The position numbers and the translations under genes are program-made. A stretch of 63,025 bases of DNA, filler included, from Choristocarpus tenellus KU-1152 (taxonomy: Eukaryota > Protista > Phaeophyceae): NCBI GenBank assembly GCA_964200185.2. It is 11 parts of 11 records of this genome, joined end to end, with 100 filler letters (N's around TTAATTAATTAA, not from the genome) between each part and the next. Parts side by side here need not be neighbours in the genome. Positions count along the whole stretch, not along the records: positions 34,322 to 40,609 come from CAXNAD020008473.1; positions 40,710 to 44,317 come from CAXNAD020018982.1; positions 44,418 to 55,110 come from CAXNAD020002779.1; positions 55,211 to 58,035 come from CAXNAD020024424.1; 7 more parts are not named here. One strand, given 5' to 3'. Shown here in pieces: positions 38,701 to 56,882 of the stretch (position 1 is the first letter of the stretch; every line of letters starts with the position of its first letter). Below the pieces are notes generated by a model, which saw only the letters and a program-made list of their open reading frames with translations, searched no databases and was not told where the DNA came from.

Positions 38701-40539
38701 CACTTGATTGATTGAGGTGTCTCACTCTTTTCACCGTTCATTGATTTGTTTTTGGCAGGGACTCTGGATGCACCAGTAGCAGTGAGAGCGACAGCACATG
38801 CTGTGGAGTTGCTGGTTGGGACACTCAGAAGGTGTTTATCTTGGGATCTATGTTCCTCTACATCGGGGGCTATCAGGTGATAAGAACATATTGTCTGCCT
38901 TGGCTGCTGCTTATTGGGTAGTGCTAGGTGGAGTGAGTAAACAGGGTTAGGGTTTTGTTTTGTTTTATTTTGGAGAGGAATATCGACTCTTTATTGCAGG
39001 TATCGCTTTTGGTGTCACTCGCTCACGGTAGGGGGTGATGTGCTTTGACGTGCTTTGCTTTCCATTCCTTTTGCTCTTGCTTTTGGAGTGAGTGTGCATC
39101 TTGTCCTCTTATTGTTGATGTTTGTTGATATTTGTTGACGTTAGTTGTGGTGATGCCAAGAGAAGTGAGGTCCCCATAGATGCTTGAGAATTGTCCAATA
39201 TCCTTTGTTGAAGTATGTATAAAGGGCAATATCCTTTGTTGAAGTAAGTAGGTATAAATGGCAATATCCTTTGAAGTAAGTAGGTATAACTGGCAATATC
39301 CTTTGAAGTAAGTAGGTATAACTGGCAATATCCTTTGAAGTAAGTAGGTATAACTGGCAATATCCTTTGAAGTAAGTAGGTATAACTGGCAATAACCCTA
39401 ACCCTAGGTATAAACGTTCATTTTGGTATATTAAAAATTAAAGTACTTGGTTACTTTTGGCACACTTGGGAAAGGGCGGTGAATGCAGGGGTTCTGGACA
39501 TACCCGATTGAAGCATTGAGAGCTTTCTTGGATGGAGATGGAGATCTCATTCGTAGTTGAGGTTGAAAAGGTACTGTAAAGGTATTGAGAATTTTGAGCG
39601 TTTGAACAGTTGTGTCTAGCTTCTTTTTTTTTTAAACGGAAGTATTTGTTACAGAACAATTTTTGGTCACTGTTTTCGATTTCACTTCTTAATTGAATAT
39701 TTTCATCGTTTGAGAGGGAGGGACAGGCTTGTCTTGTCTGAACCTGTGAATGTTTTTATCATTGCCAAGGGCTTTGAAAATCGGAAGGTTGGGTATTATA
39801 GTGTGTGAGAGGTGGTTTGTTATGCTTGAGTAGACAATGTAAGGGAAAGAGGTTGACTTTTGAAGCTCAATTTTTTTCTTTTGATATTTATTGTTCCGAT
39901 ATTTTCCCACTGATGTTCTAAGAACCAGCATTTGAAATTGGGCCATAAAGTCTCTTGACTAGTCCAGAAGATGACGATGTTACCCGTGTACCACCAATAG
40001 CTTTTCTTGGTCATACCTTACACCTGACTACACCAAGAGACCTCTTTTTCAAGAGGAGCTAAGGGTGGAAAGATTTCTGTGTGTTATGTATGTGTGTTTG
40101 TGTATATTTTATGTGTATATATGTGAGTGTGTATGTGTATTATTGATGTTGTATGTGTATGTGTGTGTTTGTGTGTATTTATGTATGTATTATTGATGGG
40201 AAAAATGCAAAAGAGATTCTAAACTGATCTCATGACAACTATTTTGACATTGTATAAATGAGAGCTTTGTGCTGCTGCTACTAGAAGTGTTTTAATGTGG
40301 ACTATGTCTCACCTATGAATGAAATCCCTTACCGGCCTGCCAGCACTGTACAAAACCGAGGGAGTACTATCATTGCCAAAAATATGTTTACATTGACATT
40401 CCTTCCCCCCCCCTCCTTCCCTTCTCCTCACCGGCCCTTCCTGCCCTCACATGATGTTTCTGATCTGTGGTGTTTGGCAGGTTGGGTTTGGTCCTGTTTC
40501 ATGGCTTATCATTTCTGAGGTATTTCCATTGGAACTCAG
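35746..40539 (+). CDS. MFS sugar porter, VGT / D-xylose-proton-symporter-like, partial
   Basis: Exons 35746-35888, 36955-37104, 38759-38876 and 40481-40539 are in phase: [21 protein letters not shown]..[Cys-rich loop]..[26 protein letters not shown]. Confidence 0.93.
36319..36530. repeat. 53-bp minisatellite, 4 copies (intronic)
   Basis: Unit TTTCATAATGCTTGGAAGGCGAAGGTGA(G/T)TTTTGTGTTAGACTTACAATACA(A/G), starting at 36319, 36372, 36425 and 36478. Confidence 0.95.
36601..36732. repeat. (TTA/TTG)n microsatellite
   Basis: Direct reading; it produces the spurious poly-Leu ORF. Confidence 0.9.
37139..37400. repeat. ~44-bp minisatellite, ~6 copies (intronic)
   Basis: Unit GCCTTAGCCCTTTTGTGACTAAATTGTGACTAAATTTGACTATA, with an internal 11-bp sub-repeat. 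Confidence 0.93.
37503..37703. mobile_element. Small inverted-repeat element enclosing ~17-bp degenerate tandem units
   Basis: AGTTGAA..TGGACAAAAAAA / TTTTTTTGTCCA..TTCAACT flank about six copies of TACCCTAATTTGTC(C/T)A(A/G). Confidence 0.5.
38185..38298. repeat. (ACAT/ACAG/ACAC)n microsatellite, followed by a family-B TIR fragment to ~38333
   Basis: Direct reading; CCCCAGATACTTTGACCC follows the tract. Confidence 0.85.
38600..38708. repeat. 13-bp minisatellite, ~8 copies
   Basis: Unit TTGATATTTACAC. Confidence 0.93.
39197..39415. repeat. 32-bp minisatellite, ~6-7 copies; last unit patched with CCCTAA repeats
   Basis: Unit GGCAATATCCTTTGAAGTAAGTAGGTATAACT at 39260, 39292, 39324 and 39356; the unit at 39388 reads GGCAATA-ACCCTAACCC-TAGGTATAA. 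Confidence 0.93.
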
Positions 40540-40709
40540 GTGAGATGAGGTGTGATGTGATGCGATGTGATGTGATTGGTTGGTTCGTTGGTTAGTTTTT
40601 TTTTTCTGCNNNNNNNNNNNNNNNNNNNNNNNNNNNNNNNNNNNNNNNNNNNNTTAATTAATTAANNNNNNNNNNNNNNNNNNNNNNNNNNNNNNNNNNN
40701 NNNNNNNNN

Positions 40710-40861
40710 TCAATATCCATGTTTCGGACACACCTTTTCATAACATACATTTTACCTATTCCTAAACTTTTTGGAGTAGGAAAATGTCATTAAAAAAAAC
40801 ATGGGAAGCCAAGCCCCAAATGGACAGAGCAAAATTCGTACCCTCTAAGATAGTTTCACTC
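40710..40861 (+). mobile_element. MITE family A, right part (contig start)
   Basis: Ends ACCCTCTAAGATAGTTTCACTC. Confidence 0.88.
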
Positions 40862-40864
40862 ATC

Positions 40865-41065
40865 ACCGTTAGAACCGTGCACATACCAGCCGTCAATAGT
40901 GGTATCACCAACATTTTCTACTTCAATGCCCTGTATTTTTTACCATTAGAACCGTGTACACACCAGCTGTCAATAGTGGTATCACCAAAATCACTACTCC
41001 AGCATGTATAATGTGTTTGATCGAAACCGTTCACAAACCATCTGTCACCAGCAGTGCCAGCGCCG
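40865..41065. repeat. Degenerate ~77-bp tandem repeat, 2-3 copies
   Basis: TTAGAACCGTG(C/T)ACA(T/C)ACCAGC(C/T)GTCAATAGTGGTATCACCAA at ~40869 and ~40946; a weaker third copy at ~41023. Confidence 0.75.
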
Positions 41066-41941
41066 CTTACCCCAACCACATTCAAGTTAGACCTAACCCA
41101 ACACCGACCGGACGTCGAAATGCCGTATGCATCTCTAGCGATTTCTAAGTGTGTAATCTCTTTACTTCCTTGTCAGACCACCGCGCACACCATACCCTGT
41201 CGCCAGCCCACCATCCAAAGCCTCCATCCTATTGCAATCACCCCACCCACCCCAGATACTGACAATGTAAGCCCCATCATCCTTACACGCAAACCCTAAC
41301 CAAAACTAATTACCTACATCTCGAACACTCAACCCAATCCGCGAAGAGGCAGATTTTACCTTATGTATAACATGTCGACGTACTGATAATGCAGCGGCTA
41401 TCGTCAAAATTAATTCCAGTGAATTCAACCGAACATAACCGAAATTGGAACAAGGGTTGCAGTGACATATGTTGAGAGTAATCAGACAACTGATCCGAAA
41501 TAGAACTAGGATTCCACGATCCAATTCCACGCACCACAACATCCGTCTGTTGAATGCTACGTGGTGGCACTATCGATATGCATGTGTAAGGGCTCTGATA
41601 TGATTGGAACTTTTCTGATAAGGTTCGTATCGTGTCGCAACACAATCTCGATTTAACTCTCGCGTTGGTATCAACACGCGCGCGTAGCTTAGTCAAAAAA
41701 AGGCAGTAACCTCACTTTAGAATTTGATTACTTCTGCCAACCGGCAGAGCATACCAAATTTCTACTTCAAAGTATGTTCCAAGATTTCCATATTCGTTTC
41801 AAACTGGTGCATTCATGCTTTCACTTTCGCCATTCGACGTAATGTTTTCCTGCTCAGGGTTCTTATTCCAAATCGATACACACCACCCCCAACCGTTTTG
41901 CCTTGCTTTAGAAATTGATGGCCGTTCCCGTCCAACATAAC

Positions 41942-42199
41942 GAGTGAAAGTATCTTAGAGGGTACAAGTTTTGCCCGGTTTGTCCATTTGGGACTTGACT
42001 TCCCACGGTATTTTTATGACAGTTTCCTACTCCGAAACGTTTCGGAGTAGGTAAGACGTATGTGTTATGAAAAGTTGCGTTCGGAATAAGGGTATTGACA
42101 CTTCCTAACAAACACGATAGCCAAAACTACATCAAAATCGCAACATTGGGTTTTGGCCCCCAGATGGACGTGGCTCTACCCTCTAAGATACTTTGACTC
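41942..42199 (-). mobile_element. MITE family A, full copy with perfect internal 26-bp palindrome
   Basis: TIRs GAGTGAAAGTATCTTAGAGGGTA / TACCCTCTAAGATACTTTGACTC; internal CCTACTCCGAAACGTTTCGGAGTAGG; TAAC on both flanks. Confidence 0.92.
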
Positions 42200-42604
42200 T
42201 AACACATCAAATTTCCTCAATACTCTCTGGCCTATGTCAAACACGAACCTGTGCATGGTTGCCCTCCCGACATCTAACTTGGGTCGGTGCGTAAATCCTT
42301 TTCATCTGCGTATGGTACTGGTGCATTCTCATATTCAATATTCCTTCCATGTGGGTGGGGTTTGCTGTTCGACGCATGTTTACAAATAGCAGTCTCCACG
42401 GAAAACGCTACGCCGTCCTCATGACGACAACAGCACTTCACCTTTATTATCTAACGTTTGGCTATCCCACGCATGGACATGAATCTCGCACTCCCTACAC
42501 ATCCCGTCATCATTGATCACATACTCTATCACTGTTTATACAACAACACCCTTGCTGTCGTTGTCTAACACTAGTATCCGCCCCTGTGTCGATATCCTTC
42601 TCAT

Positions 42605-44020
42605 TTGCTGATATCGTTTCCACAAAATATCCCCCCCTACCTTCACAGGCAGTCGCCCGGAGGCCCAAAGAAACCTGAAGAGGAAAAGACGACAGATTTG
42701 ATCACGTCAAACCTCAGCGCAACCCGTATGGTCAACCTGGCCACTTCTGCTTTCTTGTCCCAGAGGTACAATGCTAGTCTCTTTGATAAGGAGAGGGTAG
42801 AGTCCATGTTTTCAAAGCTGGGCCCGGACCCACAGGTCGCCGCCGATAAACTCACGGGGATCCTGAGTGGACAGTCTTTCTCTTTGTGCTTGAGATGGAA
42901 CACGATCCATAAGTTCAAGGTCAACATGCACAGGGCAAAGGTACCCTCTGATGTGCCCGACATTTAACTGCTTGCACTCTACATTGCAAACGGCAACCTG
43001 GAACTGGATGAAAATGGCGACGCTAGAGATCCGGACGACAACGATAATGTCTTGTTTTGTCTGAATGGACAACATAAAATAATGCTCCTGAGGGTCATCA
43101 AGTGCGTGGCGAAGGGGGCCAATATCCCATTTAGCATCAACCTCCCACTTCACGTCACAACGCGATGGGCCTCAGACATCGGAGCGAACCTCCAGATAGG
43201 CGAGCACAGGAGGTTCATGTGGAAGATATTTCCACACTGCAGTCGCGAGAGGCTGAATCCATATTGATAGGAGAGAGTGTGGTGGCCAGCAGACCACACG
43301 TTCCTAACATCCTCGACATATTCTATTGCATGGTCATTAGGAAGAAGAGGTTGGGAGAAGGTGCTTGACGGATGAGACCATTCAAAGAGTCTCGTGGAAA
43401 TGACTGACCCGATTTAGAACCTAGCTTTTTGCGGACGTCTTTCCTTCTGCCAGAAAGGGCGGAGACCCGGAAAATCCAGCGCCATCTAATATGAGGCATG
43501 AGGATGATGACCAAACGTCTGCGCATGGTGATGACGACTGCATCACACAGGACATGATCGACTCCGGTGATGCATCCATCGTGGGGATCACCAAGGCCTT
43601 CATGGAGGCGTGCATTACCAAGCTCCTACGTTTGGCAACAAAACCTGCATCTTCGGTGTACCGAGTACAAATCTAAATCCTTACCCAGGTCATATATAAC
43701 CATGGGTTCAGGCTCCTAAAGGCCGGCAGACCAACCAATAATCTTGTATTCGGGGATGACTGCTACATCCATGAGCCCACACAGCTAAAACTCAGCGGTC
43801 GCGGAGGGATATCCAGCAGCACGTTGTGTCCGGATCATATGGAAGCACTCCATCAAAAGAAGGTCATCTTCATGAGCCTCATGAAGCCCGAACTGTGGAA
43901 CGACTGGTACTCCACGCGCCTAAATCTCTGGCACATTCTCACCTAGGCATACCCGAAGCTTGTAAAGTGGTGGGAGAAGGGTGAGGAATGCCATATCGAC
44001 TCCGCCCACCAATTGAAATA
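42605..44020 (+). pseudogene. Degraded intronless coding sequence of unknown family with a ParB/DGQHR-like motif
   Basis: ORFs 42605-42967 and 43052-43267 share a frame across a single stop and include VLFCLNGQHKIMLLR; protein-like fragments continue through frameshifts to ~44020. Confidence 0.4.
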
Positions 44021-44273
44021 GGGCTTCAGTCTTTCAGTTTTTTGTTGAAGTACGGATCGAGTTACTTGTGTCTGATTCATGCATCAGTGTACGTTGCCTT
44101 GGTGTCCGACTACCATGTTCATGCATTTTCCATTCGATGGGTTATGCATTCACACAGTGGTATCGGATACATTGCTACCAGTCAGAGGTGTCCGTGTATC
44201 ATATATGGTACTCATCTTTAGGATTAGACCTGTGTTCTTATTTGTTTAAACAGAGCGTGTCCAATCCAAGGTT

Positions 44274-44317
44274 GACTCAATGTATCTGGGAGGGGGTGGC
44301 GGCTGTCCATTTGGGGT
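44274..44317 (+). mobile_element. MITE family B, left end (contig end)
   Basis: GACTCAATGTATCTGGGAGGGGGTGGCGGCTGTCCATTTGGGGT. Confidence 0.8.
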
Positions 44318-46904
44318 NNNNNNNNNNNNNNNNNNNNNNNNNNNNNNNNNNNNNNNNNNNNTTAATTAATTAANNNNNNNNNNNNNNNNNNNNNNNNNNN
44401 NNNNNNNNNNNNNNNNNATCTCGAGCGCCGTTTGACGGTCTTTCCCGTCGTTTCGTACACAGGCACAGGATTCGCAGTGTTAGACCATCACCTTTCCTCA
44501 TTGAGCGCCGGAAATGGGTTGCCTTCTTTCGGACTTCAGAGCCCTTGTAGCCCAACCCTAACACCTTCTTTCTCGTTTCCTAAGCCACTCTGGCTCACAT
44601 AGCTTCCAAATAGCTAGGGCCTGCTGCAACTGTCGACTACTAAGATATTCTACACCCTGGTTTTCGCTTAGGCGTTTCCTGAGCGCAATGGTACGCAGTC
44701 GTACTGCTCTCCTCCCCAACCTTCCCCTCGGACGGTCACTCTGGTTCTCCCTTCGCCCACTGTGATCAGGCTTCCCCACAGAGTACCACGCCTGGTGATT
44801 GACTCGCTGCTCTCTTCCTGCTTTCCTGAGGCGGCAGAGACTGCCGAGCAGTGCTCCGACGTGGTTGAAGATCCAACCGCGTTTGTGTGGTAATGTTTTC
44901 CATGCATCTTCTCTCAGCGTCAGTGTCGCGCCCGCGTGGTCCATTGCACGATTTGATCATGCTGCTGCGCCACAGTACACGCATTTTCTCGTCGCCTAAC
45001 ATCGCACCGAATGTCACACGGTACTTGTTTTTTTGTCGCCTCTCGACAGAGAAGGTGCCGAGGGTAGATCCAGGGGGCAGAGTGGCCTCGGCGGCTCTCC
45101 TTTTCTCTCTGTCGTGGTCCACATTGCTGTGTGGATCACCTGTGTGTTCACAGAAAGTCTGCAAAAGGTGTTAAAACGATGTCCGAGAATCTTGCTTTTT
45201 TTTCGGTATGTCCACACGCACGGTAAATTTACAGGGGCCTATCCCGGACCAGTTTTTGCAGGGAATTCAGCCAACCACTTCATTTTGTATCTTTTGAGGT
45301 CGTGACCATCAAAGTTGCACCGGGTTTATTCCCCCGCGTTTTTGCCATTCTTTGATCGGGATATAGTTCCCGTTCACTCACTGGAGTTAGTACATTCCTG
45401 CATAAAATTATTCAATCCTCTCACCGTAAGCGTTCATTTGATATGTATATTATTGGATACCTCTCGTGGCTAGACAGTGAGAAAAAAGCAAGATTGCCAC
45501 AGACCCGAAGCTGCTGCTACCACTTTAGGGTTAGATTATGAAGTGTTCCTACTTTTTTTGTACTACTTCATTTTTGGAAACTGAACACCTCCCACAGGTT
45601 GGATCACCTTATCCTAATAACGCTTCTGCTCACCATCTTGCCCATTGTATGTTCATTGAACAAAGGGAATAGATCTTGGTCTTTCATGGGTGCCCGCACA
45701 CCTCCCATGCAAACTCTTTTTGCGGCATCTTGCACTATTATCTCTCTACGCTTGTAGGCAATAATAACTGATGACTCCCAACAAAAACGACTCTTCTTGA
45801 TGAATGGTTTCATGAGAACTACCTCTGCTTTCTATCTCCCATCTCGTGCATGCTACTATTAATATTGGCAATATTCCACTACTGTTGTTGTTGAACATTA
45901 TGTCAATAAGGTGTGCTACTTTGTGTGTGGCAGTTATATGGACAGGACACCTAACCTTCAAGGCGGGCCATACACTGAAGATAATAACAGAGAGCAGAGA
46001 AAGAACTGCAAAACTTTGATCTCATTGGTTGCAAAATGCATGCTCCAGTGGCATACAGAATGAAGGAAGCACACCAGAAGTGACACGCTTGAACAAAACA
46101 TTTCTAGTCCTGTGAGGGCATCAGGACTACTAGTGCAATTTTGCAGATTTCCCCATCTAAAGCAGGCAATGGCTCATACTTACGGTCCATCATATACTTT
46201 TGCACAGTTTACAGTAGTCTAGGTATGGAAAAATCAGTAACCAGTGCTGATTTTGCGTACTCCAAAATACAACAAAATAATGTCAGAACCACAACAATAA
46301 GTAGCATCTGTCCTGATCTTGCGAACTTGTCAATCCACCACCAGCCAACAAATACAATAATGTAACACTATAATGCATACACGATGTAACGGGACATGTG
46401 GCAATGGAGTAGAAAAAGACCAGGCTCCTCATCATCAAGCATCACCCAATATACACCTGAACACACACACACATACATACTCAAGAGTATGCATTTGAAA
46501 GAATGAGACAAAAAATGTTAATGGGTTTTCCAGAACTCTCGCTAAGTTGCTCTTTTGCATGGGATGGGACAAATTGCACAAATACAAAAAAATAACATTG
46601 TACAGGAGGAAATATAACATGAAGGAGAAACAGACACTGCCATCAACTCACTAACACACAAATGCTTGCTACAAACAGCAAGGGGGGCTGCTGAGCAGAC
46701 TAAGCAAGTAATTGTTCATTGATGAAGCCTTAATACAGTAGACCCCATGCAGAAGGACAACAAGAGTAACAGCCACCGAACAGCATGCATGCAGCAACAT
46801 CAAGTATCTCTGATCCATACTACTACAAAGGTACACATGCAAGACAGCTTGTTCCACTACCAAGGTGTCTCCCAAGCCAAACACTCATCATTGCTTGCTG
46901 AGTG

Positions 46905-53856
<6,952 letters not shown>

Positions 53857-54934
53857 GCGCGGCTGTCTCTTGGAAGGAGAGTCTTTTTTGTTACTCGTAA
53901 AATAGTTAGTGAGAGTAGAGAGTAGGTATAAAGTGGGTTCAAGTCGATAGTTGAAATCCGCATGATTGATCCAGTTCAACGATCAACCCAGAATCGTTGC
54001 AAGAAGTTTCGTAGGATCACAAAAACAAACTATAAATTCTTATTAGAGTGGGAGTGATAGTGATGTAATTATTATATCGAGTTTCATTCCACAACATATG
54101 ATGAGATTGGTTACTTTTTGTGTCTTTGAAGTGACATCACATTAGGAAACATTTTTCTTACTTCCTTTCCACATATATTTTGAAATTCAAACATACTCCC
54201 TTACACGTGTTGGTTAACAAACACCTGTTCCCGCAATCAATTCCATATTTAAGTAAATTGAACATGAAGTATGCCATGGACAAGTAGGTCCCTTTGGGGT
54301 GTGATCTCAGTCCAATCCACATCCGCGCACATTTCTTGGTCATTGATGATGTTCCCATCAACATCAAACACAGAGAAGTCTTAAGAATTCTCCGACCAGT
54401 TGCCATTGACGATCACAAAGATGTGACGTCACCCATCGGATCTGAGATTCCATTCCAATTTCTCCTAACATTTATTTCATGGTTGAAAGTTTGGGGTTTG
54501 TTGAAATCACCCCATCGTGTCACAACAGGTTATTCTGAACACCCTCCACGACTGATTGAACCCTGCCTCACGACAGTGGTACTCACGATAGGGCGCCAAA
54601 TCATTGCACCCTGACACACAACAAGTATTTGCTCTGGGCATTCACATACATTTTTCGTCTACAATCAGTCTCTCTTTGAATCAGCACTATCGTAACCCTC
54701 CCCTATAGATTCTGCGCTGGTTGCGACGATTCGTACCAGACCATGGAGAAAGGTACGTCTTCTTGTCCTAACGCTCCGAGCCAGGAAAGACATCAAGAGT
54801 AACGAGGTTGATGTTGGGGTGAATAGAGTCAGGCAGTCAATGGTCGCATCACCCTACACCAACCTTCCTTTGCAGTGTGCCATCTGACTCACTTGTCCCT
54901 TGTGGCCAGCCAGTGTTCACATGGAAGTACCTCA

Positions 54935-55110
54935 GACTCGAAGTATCTGTGGGGGGGGGGTGGCGGCTTTCCATTTGGGGTCAATTTTTTCATGTCGCGA
55001 TTTTTGTGTGATTTGGTTGCATACGTCTGATGGATAATGTAAGCGCACTTTTCCTGGTCATGACCCAAATGGACACCCTGGTGTGGAGCCACCCCCCCCC
55101 CAACAGATAC
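54935..55110 (+). mobile_element. MITE family B, nearly full (contig end)
   Basis: Colinear with 16442-16620. Confidence 0.88.
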
Positions 55111-55210
55111 NNNNNNNNNNNNNNNNNNNNNNNNNNNNNNNNNNNNNNNNNNNNTTAATTAATTAANNNNNNNNNNNNNNNNNNNNNNNNNNNNNNNNNN
55201 NNNNNNNNNN

Positions 55211-55253
55211 CCCAAAAGAACAACCGCCACCCCCCCCCCAGATACTTCGAGCC
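55211..55253 (-). mobile_element. MITE family B end (contig start)
   Basis: CCGCCACCCCCCCCCCAGATACTTCGAGCC is the reverse complement of the family-B left end. Confidence 0.75.
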
Positions 55254-55261
55254 CCTACAGT

Positions 55262-55880
55262 TTTAGTGTGCTCTCCTTGGTACGGTTTTTGTTAACCTCT
55301 TTTTTGGGCGACGCGAACATATGATTGCACAAGAGAGGAGCCTAATGAAACCGGCTTCATCGAGATGCATTGCCGCAGGCTTATCATTTGGAGGGATATA
55401 ACTTCGCGTAATGAGATGGTCGATGACCAACACGGGGATAAACATGATCCGAACACAACTGAGGTGGGGTTCCTAGGGGAGTTTATGGCGTACCCCATGC
55501 ACAGTGATCTTGGCTGGACATGAGTTATGCGTTTACTATCTGGAAGGATAGATCCATACACTTAGAAGTACTCAAGTTTTTTTTTTAACATCGGGATACT
55601 CTGGCAACTCTGGTGGAGGCGAGAGTGATTTGACCGTTTTCGAGAACGGGATTGCGCCCCCCGAGTTCGATCGTGACAGTGGTGAGAAAAATTATGAAAC
55701 GATCAACTGACTGAATTTGTGGATCGGGTGCCAATTTGAACATACAACTTGAGGCACACTCAGAAATGCCCGTCTCAAAACAAAAGTGCGTCCAGCAACG
55801 GTACCACGGCTTGAGACTTGACCGACCCATCCCACTCATCTTGGTGCCTGCGAAGGAGTTGCATTATTGCCTTTGATGAC
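55262..55880 (-). pseudogene. pogo/Tigger transposase relic (HTH/DDE junction)
   Basis: Frameshifted RSLCMGYA (compare LHGEA), MHLDEAGF (compare NxDETGL) and QSYVRVAQKR fragments lie in the expected order. Confidence 0.45.
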
Positions 55881-55883
55881 TTA

Positions 55884-56162
55884 GAGTGGAAGTGTCTTAG
55901 GGTTAGGGTACGAGTCTTGCACTGTTTGTCCGCTTGGGGCCTGGCTTCCCACGAGCTTTTTCTCAAGACATTTTCCTTAACCCTAACTCTGAAATGTTTT
56001 GGAGTAGGAAAATTGTACATGTTATAAAAAGGTGTGCCCGGAACAAGGATATTGACACTTGCTATTAAACACGGTAGACAAATTTACATCAAAAATCGCA
56101 ACATTGGATTTTGGCCCCCAAATGGGCGTGGCTCTACCCTACCCTCTAAGATGCTCTGACTC
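55884..56162 (-). mobile_element. MITE family A copy with telomeric-hexamer insertions
   Basis: Colinear with 41942-42199, but carries TTAGGGTTAGGG in the TIR and TAACCCTAA in the palindrome arm. Confidence 0.88.
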
Positions 56163-56546
56163 AGAAGGCTGGCAGCATAGATGGTCTATCCTACTATTGA
56201 TGAGTCACCGGTTTTGCAACACGTGAACGTGGGTGGTGAAACCTTCTTCTTAACAAGCCGGCTAAACTTTCGCAATGCAGGTTTAGGACCAGCTGGCACG
56301 ATAGCTTGGCACCCTATCCTCTTCCACAGGTTGGCAGCATAAAAGGGGGTAGACAGAAGGATGTCACTATCACACCCGAGTTGTGTCGTACGCGAAGACA
56401 GAGTCGTGTCGAAACTTCCTGAGGGTATGGCGAGTTGTCCCTCTTATCACACCCACAATCAGAAAAGCACCACATACACATCCTGGTCGTATCCTAGCCC
56501 AGTTTCTTCCAAGGGGTGGAACTGTCATCTGATCGCGTTGCAATCT

Positions 56547-56825
56547 CAGCCAAAGTATCTTTAGAGGGCAGATAGAGCCGCGTCCATTTGGGGGTCAAAA
56601 TCCACTGTTTTGTGATTTTTGATGTAAATTTGACCATCGTGTTCGTTAGGAAGTGTCAATATCTGTCTTTCGGGGCACACCTTTTTTCAATAACGTACAC
56701 ACTTTACTGACTCCTAAACATTTCGGAGTAGGAAAAATTTCATTAAAAAAAAAAACACGGGAAGTCAAGCCCCAAACGGACAAACAGGGCAAAACTCGTA
56801 CCCTAACCCTAAGATGCTTTCACTC
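56547..56825 (+). mobile_element. MITE family A copy
   Basis: Colinear with 32609-32865; right TIR reads TACCCTAACCCTAAGATGCTTTCACTC. Confidence 0.88.
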
Positions 56826-56882
56826 GGCTGAGAACTAACTAACTGCACATGCGTCAATAGCAGAGTTACCCAAGTATGGACT

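Noticed and set aside
39023-39392. Repetitive [10 protein letters not shown] ORFs, plus the poly-Leu (36558) and CMYV (38144) ORFs
   Set aside because: They are translations of mini- and microsatellites.
35137-39415. CRISPR-like arrays (32-, 44- and 53-bp repeats)
   Set aside because: The units are head-to-tail with no unique spacers, lie in or beside introns of a eukaryotic gene, and no cas genes are present.
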